Assembly: GCA_029260935.1 (NCBI GenBank)
Contig: JAJDCJ010000015.1
Span: forward strand, 1-62,068
Direction of reading: 5' to 3'
From: Patescibacteria group bacterium
GTDB lineage: Bacteria > Patescibacteriota > Minisyncoccia > Phycocordibacterales > Phycocordibacteraceae
Length of the DNA: 62,068 nt
A program made the position numbers and the translations under genes. This document shows positions 25,496 through 35,128 of the stretch, in pieces. A model generated the notes under the pieces. The model did no database searches and had not been told where the DNA came from. It saw only the letters and a list, made by a program, of their open reading frames with translations. The stretch's first letter is position 1, and the number at the start of each line of letters is the position of its first letter.

Positions 25496-25518
25496 ATGTA
25501 GCTGTCCGACAGCTATAT
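25496..25518. repeat. REP-like palindrome (1 mismatch) 10 nt upstream of the RAYT start
   Basis: ATGTAGCTGTCCGACAGCTATAT. Confidence 0.85.
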
Positions 25519-25526
25519 ATTAGCAG

Positions 25527-25621
25527 GGGTGGGGGCTTGGGAGGTGGAGGTGGGTGTGGATAAGAGACTATAGGGTGGGATAAAGTGTCATATAATATAC
25601 CTCAGGTGGGAAAAAGTGGGA
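25527..25621 (+). promoter_or_regulatory. Putative Pmra region: G-rich GTGGR repeats, TATAAT (25591-25596) and three GTGGGA boxes (25575, 25606, 25616)
   Basis: The last two boxes are exactly 10 bp apart and the first is 31 bp upstream. This resembles the MraZ operator architecture of TGGGN direct repeats. Confidence 0.5.
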
Positions 25622-25651
25622 TAGAGTCATTTTTCTTATCACACACGGCAT

Positions 25652-26086
25652 ATGCTCATAGGTGAATATCTTCATACCATTGATCCAAAAAAGCGTTTGT
25701 CGCTTCCAGTTAAGTTCCGTAAGGAGCTTGGGAAAACCGTCGTGATAACGAGAGGGCTTGATCAATCTCTCTTTGTGTTTCCGCCTGCTGCGTGGAAAAA
25801 GCTTGTTGCTAAGTTCAGCGAGCTATCCTTCGGCTCCTCCGAGTCAAGAAGCTTCAACCGCTTCATGCTCTCAGGGGCTGTGGAGGTTGATGTTGATTCG
25901 GCGGGGCGGATTTTACTTCCTGAGTTCCTGAAGGGGTTTGCGGGACTCAAAAGTAAAGTTGTCCTTGCCGGTGTCAACGACCGCGTTGAAATTTGGGATG
26001 AAGAGCGTTGGAGTACATACAAAACGCACATTGAATCTCAAGGTGATGCTATCGCTCAGAAATTAGGAGAAATCGGCGTCATTTAA
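25652..26086 (+). CDS. mraZ: Transcriptional regulator MraZ
   Basis: Two SpoVT/AbrB-like repeats (D.K.R...P..FR and D..GRI.LP..L). Confidence 0.9.
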   Translation: MLIGEYLHTIDPKKRLSLPVKFRKELGKTVVITRGLDQSLFVFPPAAWKKLVAKFSELSFGSSESRSFNRFMLSGAVEVDVDSAGRILLPEFLKGFAGLKSKVVLAGVNDRVEIWDEERWSTYKTHIESQGDAIAQKLGEIGVI

Positions 26087-26090
26087 TTTC

Positions 26091-26984
26091 ATGGATAACC
26101 ACGTATCTGTTCTTTTACACGAATCTGTTGAAGGTCTTAACGTACATTCTGGCGAAACTGTAGTTGACGCCACGCTTGGCTTGGGTGGACACAGTAACTA
26201 TCTATCCAAAATTGTAGGCAAAGAGGGGACAGTGATTGGTATTGAAGTTGATACTAACGCACTCTCCACTGCAAAAAAAATACTTGCCACAGCTGACGCA
26301 CAGTTTCATTTTGTCCTTGGTAATTTCAAAGACATAGATGAGCACCTGTCTTCACTTAAACTGAGTGAAGTAGATGGCATACTCTTTGACCTCGGGTGGA
26401 ACTCAACACAAATGAACGCAGGAAGGGGCTTAAGCTTCAGGGCAGATGACCCACTCATAATGACATTATCGGCAACTCCTGATGAGGGAGCGGTAACTGC
26501 AAAAGACATCATTACTTCATGGAGCGAAACAGACCTTGCAGAAATTATTCGCACTCTTGGTGAAGAACGTTTTGCAGGAAGTATCGCGCACGCCATTGTG
26601 ATGGCGAGAAAAGCTGAGTCCATTGATACTGCACGAGAACTCGCTCAGATAATATCCGATGCAGTGCCGCCGTGGTATCGCAATGGTAAAACACATCCGG
26701 CGACGAAGACATTTCAAGCACTTCGTATTCTCGTTAACGACGAATTATCAACACTCACACTATCTCTTGATAAAGCGTTTGCACTCTTAAAAAAAGGAGG
26801 GAGGATCTCAGTCATTTCCTTTCACTCTTTGGAAGACGGATTAGTAAAGCGAATTTTTAAAAAACTCGCACATGATAAAAAAGCAACCCTCATTACCAAA
26901 AAACCCATACGACCCACTCGTCACGAGGTCCAGAGTAACCCACGTGCCCGTAGCGCACGATTACGTATTATAGAAAAAATATGA
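26091..26984 (+). CDS. rsmH: 16S rRNA (cytosine1402-N4)-methyltransferase
   Basis: HVSVLL.E, DATLGLGGHS, FDLG.NS.Q, SFHSLEDG, NPRARSA.LR. Confidence 0.9.
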   Translation: MDNHVSVLLHESVEGLNVHSGETVVDATLGLGGHSNYLSKIVGKEGTVIGIEVDTNALSTAKKILATADAQFHFVLGNFKDIDEHLSSLKLSEVDGILFDLGWNSTQMNAGRGLSFRADDPLIMTLSATPDEGAVTAKDIITSWSETDLAEIIRTLGEERFAGSIAHAIVMARKAESIDTARELAQIISDAVPPWYRNGKTHPATKTFQALRILVNDELSTLTLSLDKAFALLKKGGRISVISFHSLEDGLVKRIFKKLAHDKKATLITKKPIRPTRHEVQSNPRARSARLRIIEKI

Positions 26985-27301
26985 ACACACGAATCCAAAA
27001 ATTATCTTTTACACTTGAGAAAAACATACTTCTCTCACTCGGAGCCGGGTTCATAGTATTTGCCTTTGCCTATACCTATTTTTTAATACTTTCAATTAGC
27101 GCAGTGGTCGCGAGGGAAGAGTTTGTATACAAAACACAAATTTTGTCTGAGAAAGTAGCAACCCTTGAACAGCAGTATTTATTTGCGTCAAATGCCATCA
27201 CCGAGCATTATGCTTTTGATCAAGGTTATGTACCAGTGTCTAGACGTACTTTTGTAGAGCGTGGTACGCTTACTCTAGGTACTCTAGGTAATGCGCGCTA
27301 A
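26981..27301 (+). CDS. ftsL: FtsL-like bitopic division protein
   Basis: 106 aa, single TM then helical region; position between rsmH and ftsI; 4-nt overlap upstream. Confidence 0.5.
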   Translation: MNTRIQKLSFTLEKNILLSLGAGFIVFAFAYTYFLILSISAVVAREEFVYKTQILSEKVATLEQQYLFASNAITEHYAFDQGYVPVSRRTFVERGTLTLGTLGNAR

Positions 27302-29030
27302 TTTCACAAGACGAATACGGGTTATTGCACTGATAGTAGTACTACTGTCGTTTGTTTTAATATTTAGACTCTATACCCACCAGATAGTTAACGGAAGCAA
27401 GTATAGGATTCGTGCCGAAGGTCAATACGCACAGCCCAGCGCACAGCATTTTGACCGTGGATCTATATTTTTTACTTCAAAAAACGGCTCACTTATTAGC
27501 GCGGCTACACTTGATAGTGGTTTTACAGTGGCGCTTCTTCCAAATCAAGTCAGCGACGTTGCTCAGACATATAACACACTTTCTGATTATCTTGATATTG
27601 ATAGTATTGAATTTCTGGAAAAAGCGGCTAAAAAAGATGACCCCTATGAGGAATTGGCGCGGCGTGTCTCCCCACAAGTCGGCTCCTCTGTTCGTGAAGC
27701 GAATATTGATGGGGTAGGAGTCTACCCTGAAAGGTGGCGTCTCTATCCGGGGGCACGCACCGCGGCGCAAACGATAGGGTTCCTCGGGTTTGGCAGTGGT
27801 AACACTCTCAAAGGGCAATATGGGTTAGAGCGTTTTTATGATGAACAGCTCACGAAACAAAACACAGGACTCTATGTAAACTTTTTTGCAGATATTTTTG
27901 GAGACTTACGTTCACGGATTTTCGTTCCAGACACGCACCCAGGTGCTGATGTTGTGACCGCAATTGAACCCACAACACAAACATTTCTTGAGGAGCTCAC
28001 GTTGCGTTACCAAAAAAAATGGAACGCACGAGAGGTGGGGGCTATTATTCTTGACCCTAAAACTGGTGAAGTAATAGCGCTTGCGACACTTCCTAACTTT
28101 GACCCAAACGATGTGTCTCATTCAGATCCGCTGGCATTCTCTAACCGCCTCGTTGAGCGTGTGTACGAGTTTGGCTCTATTGTAAAGCCACTCACGGTGG
28201 CAGCAGGTATTGATGCAGGAGTGATCACTCCTGAAAGTACCTACAACGACCGCGGTTTTGCTGAGTATGACGGTTCACGTATTTCAAACTTTGATGGAAA
28301 AGGTCGCGGAGTAGTTGAGATACAGCAGATACTCAGTCAGTCACTCAACACGGGCGTTGCTCACATTGTTGAGGAATTAGGGACTGACACGTTCCGATCA
28401 TATTTAAAAGCATATGGCATTGCCGAAGAAACCGGTATTGATTTACCTAATGAAGCAGCACCTATTGTGAGCAATCTTGAAAGCCCTCGTACAATTGAAT
28501 ATGTGACTGCCTCTTTTGGGCAGGGAATAGCACTCACACCCATTGCCATGGCGCGTGCGCTCGCCACTCTTGCAAATGAGGGAAAAGTACCATCTCCACA
28601 TATTGCAACACGTTTGAAGTATCCAGGAGGTGTGTCTAAAAAGTTAGGATGGTCTCCAGAGCGCCGTGCAATAAGTAAACACTCTGCAGAAACAGTAACG
28701 CGTATGCTCGTTGAGGTTGTTGATACGGCGCTCCGTGGTGGGACGGTAAAAATACCTGAGTTATCAGTTGCTGCAAAAACAGGAACTGCTCAAATTGCCG
28801 AAGAAGGACAGAGGGGCTATTCTGAGAGTAAATTCCTGCACTCATTTTTTGGCTACTTCCCAGCGTATGAACCAGAGTTTCTCGTGTTCCTTTACGCGGT
28901 TGAACCACAGGGTGCACGATATGCTTCAGAGACGTGGACCGAATCATTTATGGAAGCAGTGCGATTTTTGGTATCATATTACGATATACAACCAGACAGA
29001 ATCCCTGTTGAGTCACCACAAGATATTTAA
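27291..29030 (+). CDS. ftsI: Division-type penicillin-binding protein (FtsI/PBP3-like transpeptidase)
   Basis: GSIVKP (SxxK), SLNTG (SxN), KTGTAQ. Confidence 0.85.
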   Translation: MRANFTRRIRVIALIVVLLSFVLIFRLYTHQIVNGSKYRIRAEGQYAQPSAQHFDRGSIFFTSKNGSLISAATLDSGFTVALLPNQVSDVAQTYNTLSDYLDIDSIEFLEKAAKKDDPYEELARRVSPQVGSSVREANIDGVGVYPERWRLYPGARTAAQTIGFLGFGSGNTLKGQYGLERFYDEQLTKQNTGLYVNFFADIFGDLRSRIFVPDTHPGADVVTAIEPTTQTFLEELTLRYQKKWNAREVGAIILDPKTGEVIALATLPNFDPNDVSHSDPLAFSNRLVERVYEFGSIVKPLTVAAGIDAGVITPESTYNDRGFAEYDGSRISNFDGKGRGVVEIQQILSQSLNTGVAHIVEELGTDTFRSYLKAYGIAEETGIDLPNEAAPIVSNLESPRTIEYVTASFGQGIALTPIAMARALATLANEGKVPSPHIATRLKYPGGVSKKLGWSPERRAISKHSAETVTRMLVEVVDTALRGGTVKIPELSVAAKTGTAQIAEEGQRGYSESKFLHSFFGYFPAYEPEFLVFLYAVEPQGARYASETWTESFMEAVRFLVSYYDIQPDRIPVESPQDI

Positions 29031-29039
29031 AATGAAACC

Positions 29040-30341
29040 ATGCTATCTATGAAAGAATTTGTTAGAAACATTATCCTCTTTATACTCACTCTTCAAGCGA
29101 AGGCGATATTAAAAAAGTACCAGCCAAAAATTATTGTGGTTACTGGATCAGTGGGGAAGACATCAACAAAAGATGCAACGTACGCAGCATTAAAGAAATG
29201 TACCTTTGTTCGTAAAAGTGAGAAAAGTTATAACTCAGACATTGGTGTGCCGTTAACTATTTTAGGGGTGCCAAACGGATGGGCGAACTTACTGAAGTGG
29301 ATGCACAATATTATTGATGGATTTTTATTAATTCTCATTACTACTCCGTACCCACGATGGTTAGTTATTGAAGTTGGAGCAGATAGACCTGGGGACTTAT
29401 CAAAGTCACTTTCTTGGCTTCAACCGAACATTGTCATCACGACACTTTTTCCCGAGATGCCCGTGCATGTAGAATTCTATTCTTCACCGAAAGCTGTCAT
29501 AGAAGAAGAATTATTCCCTGTGTCACTTTTATTAAAAGGAGGTGTGGTCGCGGTAAACAAAGACTACGAAGAGAACATTTCTCTCCCTTTGAAAGATGGT
29601 GTTCGTACAATAACGTATGGGTTTGATAAAAAATCAGACGTACGAGCTCTGCGGTACCACATTCTCGTCAGGCAAGGAGTTCCAAGAGGTATTAGTTTTA
29701 CTCTTTCGTATCAAAACACTTCTGTGCCTGTCTCTCTTGTGGGTGTGATTGGGACCAGCCATGTGTATGCCATACTTGCAGGCATTTCAGGAGCTCTGGC
29801 AGCTGGAGCAACGCTAGATACTATACATACGATCGCCGAGCAGTATGACGCACCTCCAGGTAGGTTACGTCTCGTGAGCGGTATATCTCAGTCAATTATT
29901 ATTGATGACAGTTACAATGCTTCTCCTGTTGCAACCAAAGAAGCGCTTAAGACACTTTTGGACGCTCCGGCGAAAAGGCGTATTGCAGTAATCGGTGATA
30001 TGTTAGAGCTCGGCACGTACTCAAAAGATGAGCATATAAAAATAGGAGTCTTAGCATATCAGTCTGCCGACATATTCGTAACTGTCGGGGTGCGCGCCAA
30101 AGAGAGTGCCGAAGAAGCTCTCCGCCAGGGTATGAACCAGAATGCTGTGTATCAATTTGATCGTAGTGAGGAAGCTGTCGTGTTCTTGACGTCTACCTTG
30201 AAAGTAGGTAAGGGTGATGTTGTTTTGATAAAGGGGTCTCAAAGTACTCGTATGGAACGAGTTACCAAGGCACTCATGGAAAATCCGGAAAACGCCGAAC
30301 GATTACTTCCTCGTCAAGACCCCGAGTGGCTTTTGAGATAA
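29040..30341 (+). CDS. murF: UDP-N-acetylmuramoyl-tripeptide--D-alanyl-D-alanine ligase
   Basis: VTGSVGKTSTKD P-loop, DDSYNASP, IGDMLELG. Confidence 0.85.
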   Translation: MLSMKEFVRNIILFILTLQAKAILKKYQPKIIVVTGSVGKTSTKDATYAALKKCTFVRKSEKSYNSDIGVPLTILGVPNGWANLLKWMHNIIDGFLLILITTPYPRWLVIEVGADRPGDLSKSLSWLQPNIVITTLFPEMPVHVEFYSSPKAVIEEELFPVSLLLKGGVVAVNKDYEENISLPLKDGVRTITYGFDKKSDVRALRYHILVRQGVPRGISFTLSYQNTSVPVSLVGVIGTSHVYAILAGISGALAAGATLDTIHTIAEQYDAPPGRLRLVSGISQSIIIDDSYNASPVATKEALKTLLDAPAKRRIAVIGDMLELGTYSKDEHIKIGVLAYQSADIFVTVGVRAKESAEEALRQGMNQNAVYQFDRSEEAVVFLTSTLKVGKGDVVLIKGSQSTRMERVTKALMENPENAERLLPRQDPEWLLR

Positions 30342-30417
30342 CCAACAGGTGCACCACGCACTTTGTTTTCAACAGTCTAAAATATACTTACGCCAAAAAG
30401 AGCTATAATTTAAGTAA

Positions 30418-31872
30418 ATGAAATACATATTTTTTCTCCTGACGCCGCTATTATTTATTCCCTTACTTACCAACGCAGAAGAAGCTTTTGTTGACTCCTC
30501 TGTTTTAAACATAACCACTGAGACGTTTGAATCAGACGACGACTTTGCTCGGTCAATCGGGAAGGAATCCTTTGAAGATGTTGAGTTTTACAACGGTCTC
30601 TATTCAGAAGATGTGCAGTTCACACTTTCCGTTCCTGGGGCAATAAGTTGTTTTGACCACTATGAGTTTGGTAGCGTTGAGGTAGTACTGGAGTCTGCAA
30701 TAGAGACAGCGCTCCCAGGGGTGCCGGTTGATTTTTCGGTAGTGGTACGCAACAACAATCCATATCCGATTATTGACGGCTCAGTCATCATTAAAATTTT
30801 TCGGGAAAACAGTGATATTGATGTACGCCTCACACAAGGCAACCATACCATTGACCAGTTCAATGCCTTAAATGGCATTAACCTTGGAGCTCATGAAGAG
30901 TCAACCTATACTTTCACCTGGGTACCACCACTTGAAATTTCTGGAGGCCGTTACTATGCAGCAACACATTTTGCAACCGCAGGTCGGTTTAACCTCTCAG
31001 GGCTCACATTCACCGATGACATTGTAGGGAGTACGTATATGTTCAGGGTAGTTTCGGACAACACTCCGATCTACTTTGAAAAAAACTCAGTACAAATCAA
31101 TGATGCGCGGTACTTCTTTATCGGACAACCGCAAGCTGTTCCTGATACTCCAACTGATATTCAGGTAACACTAAGAAATGATTCAGATATTGATAGAGAA
31201 TTGAATATAGTCTGGTTCCTCTACCGATGGGACGCACTCCGGGCTGAAAACCTTATTGAGCAAATACCACAACGAGTTGTTGCCCCTGCCGGAGGTAGTG
31301 TAGATGTAACGTACATTGCAAGGGATATTGATTATTCAGCATATCTTGCAGTTCCTGTTCTGTATGATGCCAGCGGTAACCTCTTAGGATCATTTCTCAA
31401 CATTCGTTTCTTGCGTGAAAATGTTGACGTGCCACGCATTAACTTCCCGACAGTATTGTCGTACCCAATAGTTGCGGGTGAAGAAGTCTCTCTCTTTGCG
31501 TGTTTGCATAACGCAGGCCTTGGCGACGTAGTGGGGGATGTCGCTCTTGATTTAGAATTGGTTGATTCACGTAACCGTACGCTCCACAGCTATTCGTATG
31601 AAGGTGACATTACAGGCGCTATGCTTGGATTTTTAGACAGTTTTACACCGCGCAGAGACTACGACAGCTTTACTTTAATTGCCAGTGTATCTGCCGACGG
31701 GGAACTGCTTGACCGTGTTGAAATTGACTATCAGTGCGACGAGCTCAACCCTGCCACTCAGTGTCAAGAGGAGGGCGATTTTGCCGGTGGGGGGATCGTA
31801 CTTACGTTATTTACTGGGCTCTCCATACTATTATTAATTTTCTTTGTGTTCCTTTTAAAGAGAAAAGCATAA
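30418..31872 (+). CDS. Secreted surface protein with C-terminal GGG + TM + KRKA anchor (CARDB-like beta domains guessed)
   Basis: Signal peptide MKYIFFLLTPLLFIPLLTNA; C-terminus DFAGGGIVLTLFTGLSILLLIFFVFLLKRKA. TATAAT at 30404-30409. Confidence 0.7.
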   Translation: MKYIFFLLTPLLFIPLLTNAEEAFVDSSVLNITTETFESDDDFARSIGKESFEDVEFYNGLYSEDVQFTLSVPGAISCFDHYEFGSVEVVLESAIETALPGVPVDFSVVVRNNNPYPIIDGSVIIKIFRENSDIDVRLTQGNHTIDQFNALNGINLGAHEESTYTFTWVPPLEISGGRYYAATHFATAGRFNLSGLTFTDDIVGSTYMFRVVSDNTPIYFEKNSVQINDARYFFIGQPQAVPDTPTDIQVTLRNDSDIDRELNIVWFLYRWDALRAENLIEQIPQRVVAPAGGSVDVTYIARDIDYSAYLAVPVLYDASGNLLGSFLNIRFLRENVDVPRINFPTVLSYPIVAGEEVSLFACLHNAGLGDVVGDVALDLELVDSRNRTLHSYSYEGDITGAMLGFLDSFTPRRDYDSFTLIASVSADGELLDRVEIDYQCDELNPATQCQEEGDFAGGGIVLTLFTGLSILLLIFFVFLLKRKA

Positions 31873-31874
31873 CT

Positions 31875-34157
31875 ATGAAACACATACTACGACTTTCACT
31901 TATACTGACCTTCCTTATGGTCTTACTGGTACCAACGGGAGCTTTTGCGCTTTCAAAGAACTTTAGTACTACCGTTAATGGCACGTTCCAATACTTCTGG
32001 AACTGGGGGGCGGAGTATGCCAGCGCAGTGGGGGCATCGCAGTCCTCAAACTGGACTGACGGTTTAATTAATCCGAACGTTACCGTTACATACGAAGCCG
32101 ACGTTCTTGACAACACCACCGGCGCTCTTATTCCAAACAATTCAACTATTCCTGTGGGAACTAAATTACGCTTTGCTCCTAAAGATTTTGAAGATACTGA
32201 CATCTACTGGTTTGGCACAGGTAAAAGTGCAGACAGTCCATACGGGCACTGGGTGTCTGGTGCTGACTTTCCTGCAGGTTCAATAAGTTGCCCACAACAA
32301 GACTATGTTTCAACGTATATATATCCAACACCGAAAGTGGGACCGATAAAAGTGTACGTGCCTCTTTCTGTTAACCCCCCACAAGTGACCATTAGTCATT
32401 CCGGAACAGCCGATCTTTCATGTAATTCTGGTAACACCGTGTGTACCGTTAATTCAGCAGGAACCATTGATTCAAGCTTTATTTTTGAGCCAACTATTGG
32501 TAAGTTTTATTATCGCTATGATGATCCACAAATTAAAAGCAGGTTGACCCTTTACGGGACAGGGCAATTACTTAAAATTAACCTGAGAGATCCCCAGTGT
32601 GTTGGTAACGAAGTTCCTCTGCGTCTCGGGTCTGCTACTGCTCAAAACGTCTATACTATTCCTCGCTCAGAACAAGATTTGGAGCAACGTATACAAAAGG
32701 CAGGTGGGGGAACCTATCGGTTTTATGATGAGGACAACGAGGAACAGCTACAATTCCGGTCTAGTCGTTTTGAAAATAGAAGAATAGGATTTGGCGGAGC
32801 GCAACAAAATAGTAGTCAACCAACATTCAGTAGCTTTATAGCCGCTGTGTTCGCTCCATTTTCTAACGGTTCATTTGCCGTTGGAGATCGGTTTGATCCA
32901 TTTGATTTTACCTTTGAGACTACTGTACGAACCCCAACGCCAACTCAAGAAGTATCACCAGCGCTCCCTACTATCTCAGGGGCCACTTCAGGGGATATAG
33001 ATATTGAATATTCATTTCAACTTTCCCCAGGAAATTTTCGGGACCTTAGACCGATTGCGTATGAAATAGACTGGAACGGTGACAGTGTAGTTAACCAAAG
33101 AACCCCGACCACTGGTTTTGTGGTTCCAAGTAGTTTCCAAACAGTTTCAAAATCATGGAACTCTTTCGGCCCTAAGACCTTCAAGGTACGCTCAGTCGTA
33201 TCTGGTTTTACCTCAAACTGGAAGACATACACAATAAATATTGTTACACCTCAGCAAGTCATTATTAATGTAAGCTCAACTAACACTACTAACTCAGATG
33301 ACGGCACCTATGTTTTGGATGTCCCAGAGGTCGTTATTACTTCAAACCTCAACGCAACCGGAGGAAATACGCCACCATCGGCCCCAATCATAAACGGTCC
33401 TACGGCGGGTGTAGTTGATACCTCCTACACATATACTTTTGACGCAACTGATGCTGATAATGACCAGATTCGTTACCGCATTGACTGGGACAATAACGGT
33501 ACTATTGATCAAACAGTGCCAGGCAGTGGTTATACTGCCTCAGGTACACAACTTCCTGCCTCTCGTCTATGGGGACCGGTGGGCACCTATACTTTTCAGG
33601 CACACACACAGGACGATCAAGGAAACAGCTCAGGGTGGCAGTCATTCACTACCGTTATTTCTCAGACAAGCACTCAGTGTTCCGACGGAATTGACAACGA
33701 CGGTGATGGCAATGTTGATTTCCCTTCAGACTCGGGATGTATTTCAGGTGGTGATGATACCGAAGCGCCAAACCCTCCTACACCTCAGTGTTCAGACGGA
33801 ATTGATAACAATGGCAACGGTTTGATTGATTACCCAAATGATCCTGCATGTTCATCATCAAACGACAATAACGAAGAGACTATCAATGCCGATATCTCTC
33901 TTTCTGCTACTCAAACATTAGTGCAGAGCGGTGGTACGACAGTACTTAACTGGTCAGCACAAAATGTACGTGCCGACTCGTGTACACTCTCAGGCACTAA
34001 TGGCGACTCATGGAGTCTCTCTGGTGCTTCAGGAAGTCAAACAACAGGGGCTCTTATGGGTGAGACCACCTACACACTAACCTGTACCAATCTGAGCGAT
34101 GAGACGATATCGGCAACGCTGATATTAAAAGTTACTCCGAGTTTTGAAGAGATTTAA
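31875..34157 (+). CDS. Large secreted surface protein: PKD-like domains, two Cys-rich CSDGIDN(D/N)G(D/N)G Ca-binding-type repeats, Ig-like C-terminal module ending PSFEEI
   Basis: ATG 31875 gives the signal peptide MKHILRLSLILTFLMVLLVPTGAFA (the track ORF starts upstream inside the previous gene). Domain calls are from sequence patterns only. Confidence 0.75.
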   Translation: MKHILRLSLILTFLMVLLVPTGAFALSKNFSTTVNGTFQYFWNWGAEYASAVGASQSSNWTDGLINPNVTVTYEADVLDNTTGALIPNNSTIPVGTKLRFAPKDFEDTDIYWFGTGKSADSPYGHWVSGADFPAGSISCPQQDYVSTYIYPTPKVGPIKVYVPLSVNPPQVTISHSGTADLSCNSGNTVCTVNSAGTIDSSFIFEPTIGKFYYRYDDPQIKSRLTLYGTGQLLKINLRDPQCVGNEVPLRLGSATAQNVYTIPRSEQDLEQRIQKAGGGTYRFYDEDNEEQLQFRSSRFENRRIGFGGAQQNSSQPTFSSFIAAVFAPFSNGSFAVGDRFDPFDFTFETTVRTPTPTQEVSPALPTISGATSGDIDIEYSFQLSPGNFRDLRPIAYEIDWNGDSVVNQRTPTTGFVVPSSFQTVSKSWNSFGPKTFKVRSVVSGFTSNWKTYTINIVTPQQVIINVSSTNTTNSDDGTYVLDVPEVVITSNLNATGGNTPPSAPIINGPTAGVVDTSYTYTFDATDADNDQIRYRIDWDNNGTIDQTVPGSGYTASGTQLPASRLWGPVGTYTFQAHTQDDQGNSSGWQSFTTVISQTSTQCSDGIDNDGDGNVDFPSDSGCISGGDDTEAPNPPTPQCSDGIDNNGNGLIDYPNDPACSSSNDNNEETINADISLSATQTLVQSGGTTVLNWSAQNVRADSCTLSGTNGDSWSLSGASGSQTTGALMGETTYTLTCTNLSDETISATLILKVTPSFEEI

Positions 34158-34165
34158 GAGATTTA

Positions 34166-35125
34166 ATGAAGTATACTATTTCTATGAAGAGACGGGTACT
34201 GCGCTACGGAGGCATCGGTTCGCTCTTAGTGGTGCTGCTTTTTATCTTCGTGTTCATCACGACACAAGACTCGTGGAGCGTAAATTCTCGTTATTTTTTT
34301 CAACTCTTAAATGCACCACAGTCAGTAAAGAATGCAATTTTTATTACCACTCATGGTGAAGAAACAGCACTCGCTCGTGTTGCCTTTGGTGGCATTGTAA
34401 CCACTGTGTACCCTGAAAGAAATATTTTAGAAGTGGCACGTACCAATGGAGTGATGGTGGGAGTCCTTGAAGATGCCCAGAGTGGCGCCGTTGATGTCTT
34501 TTTAATACAGGGCAAAAAACTAACCCCTCTTACCACGGACGGTTTACCAAAATCAAGTATTACCATTTCTCCCGACGGGTCACGAGTTGCGTTTGCAGTC
34601 AAGGGTCCCGCTTTTGAAGGCATCCGAGAAGATGCCTATGACGTGCGTCGCTACGAAATTTCCGTGTTACGTATTAGTTCGCCAGACGTCGTTGGGGTCT
34701 ATAAAGGAAACCATCCGCGCTTTTTTGACAGAGACTCACTCTTTGCCTTTTCCGAACAAGGCCTGACCGTTTACGAACTACAAACAGGTTCCTCGCGTTT
34801 TTTCGCCGACAGTCTTGCTTTTACTGCGAGCGAGCGGCCCGTGTTTGGAGAAGGGGGCCCTTTTATGGTGCGTGATCCATTTGGCGGTTCACAGTTTTTG
34901 GTCATGAACATGGTGTCGCTGAACCCCATTTTTTATCAACTCGTTGGCACTCTTTCCACATCAAACGAACAAGACTTTTTTACCACGCAGGGTAATACTG
35001 TTTTTAAAGGTTCATTTGTGGACGGCGTGTTCCAATTGAGTGACTATGCCAACCTGGAAGAGGACCCGGAGGTTGTCTTATCCTTACCAGAGGAATACTT
35101 TAAACCCATTACTGTAATTTTCTAA
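34166..35125 (+). CDS. Membrane-anchored TolB/PD40-like beta-propeller protein
   Basis: N-terminal TM; repeats such as LTTDGLPKSSITISPDGSRVAFAV typical of PD40 blades. Confidence 0.55.
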   Translation: MKYTISMKRRVLRYGGIGSLLVVLLFIFVFITTQDSWSVNSRYFFQLLNAPQSVKNAIFITTHGEETALARVAFGGIVTTVYPERNILEVARTNGVMVGVLEDAQSGAVDVFLIQGKKLTPLTTDGLPKSSITISPDGSRVAFAVKGPAFEGIREDAYDVRRYEISVLRISSPDVVGVYKGNHPRFFDRDSLFAFSEQGLTVYELQTGSSRFFADSLAFTASERPVFGEGGPFMVRDPFGGSQFLVMNMVSLNPIFYQLVGTLSTSNEQDFFTTQGNTVFKGSFVDGVFQLSDYANLEEDPEVVLSLPEEYFKPITVIF

Positions 35126-35128
35126 TAT

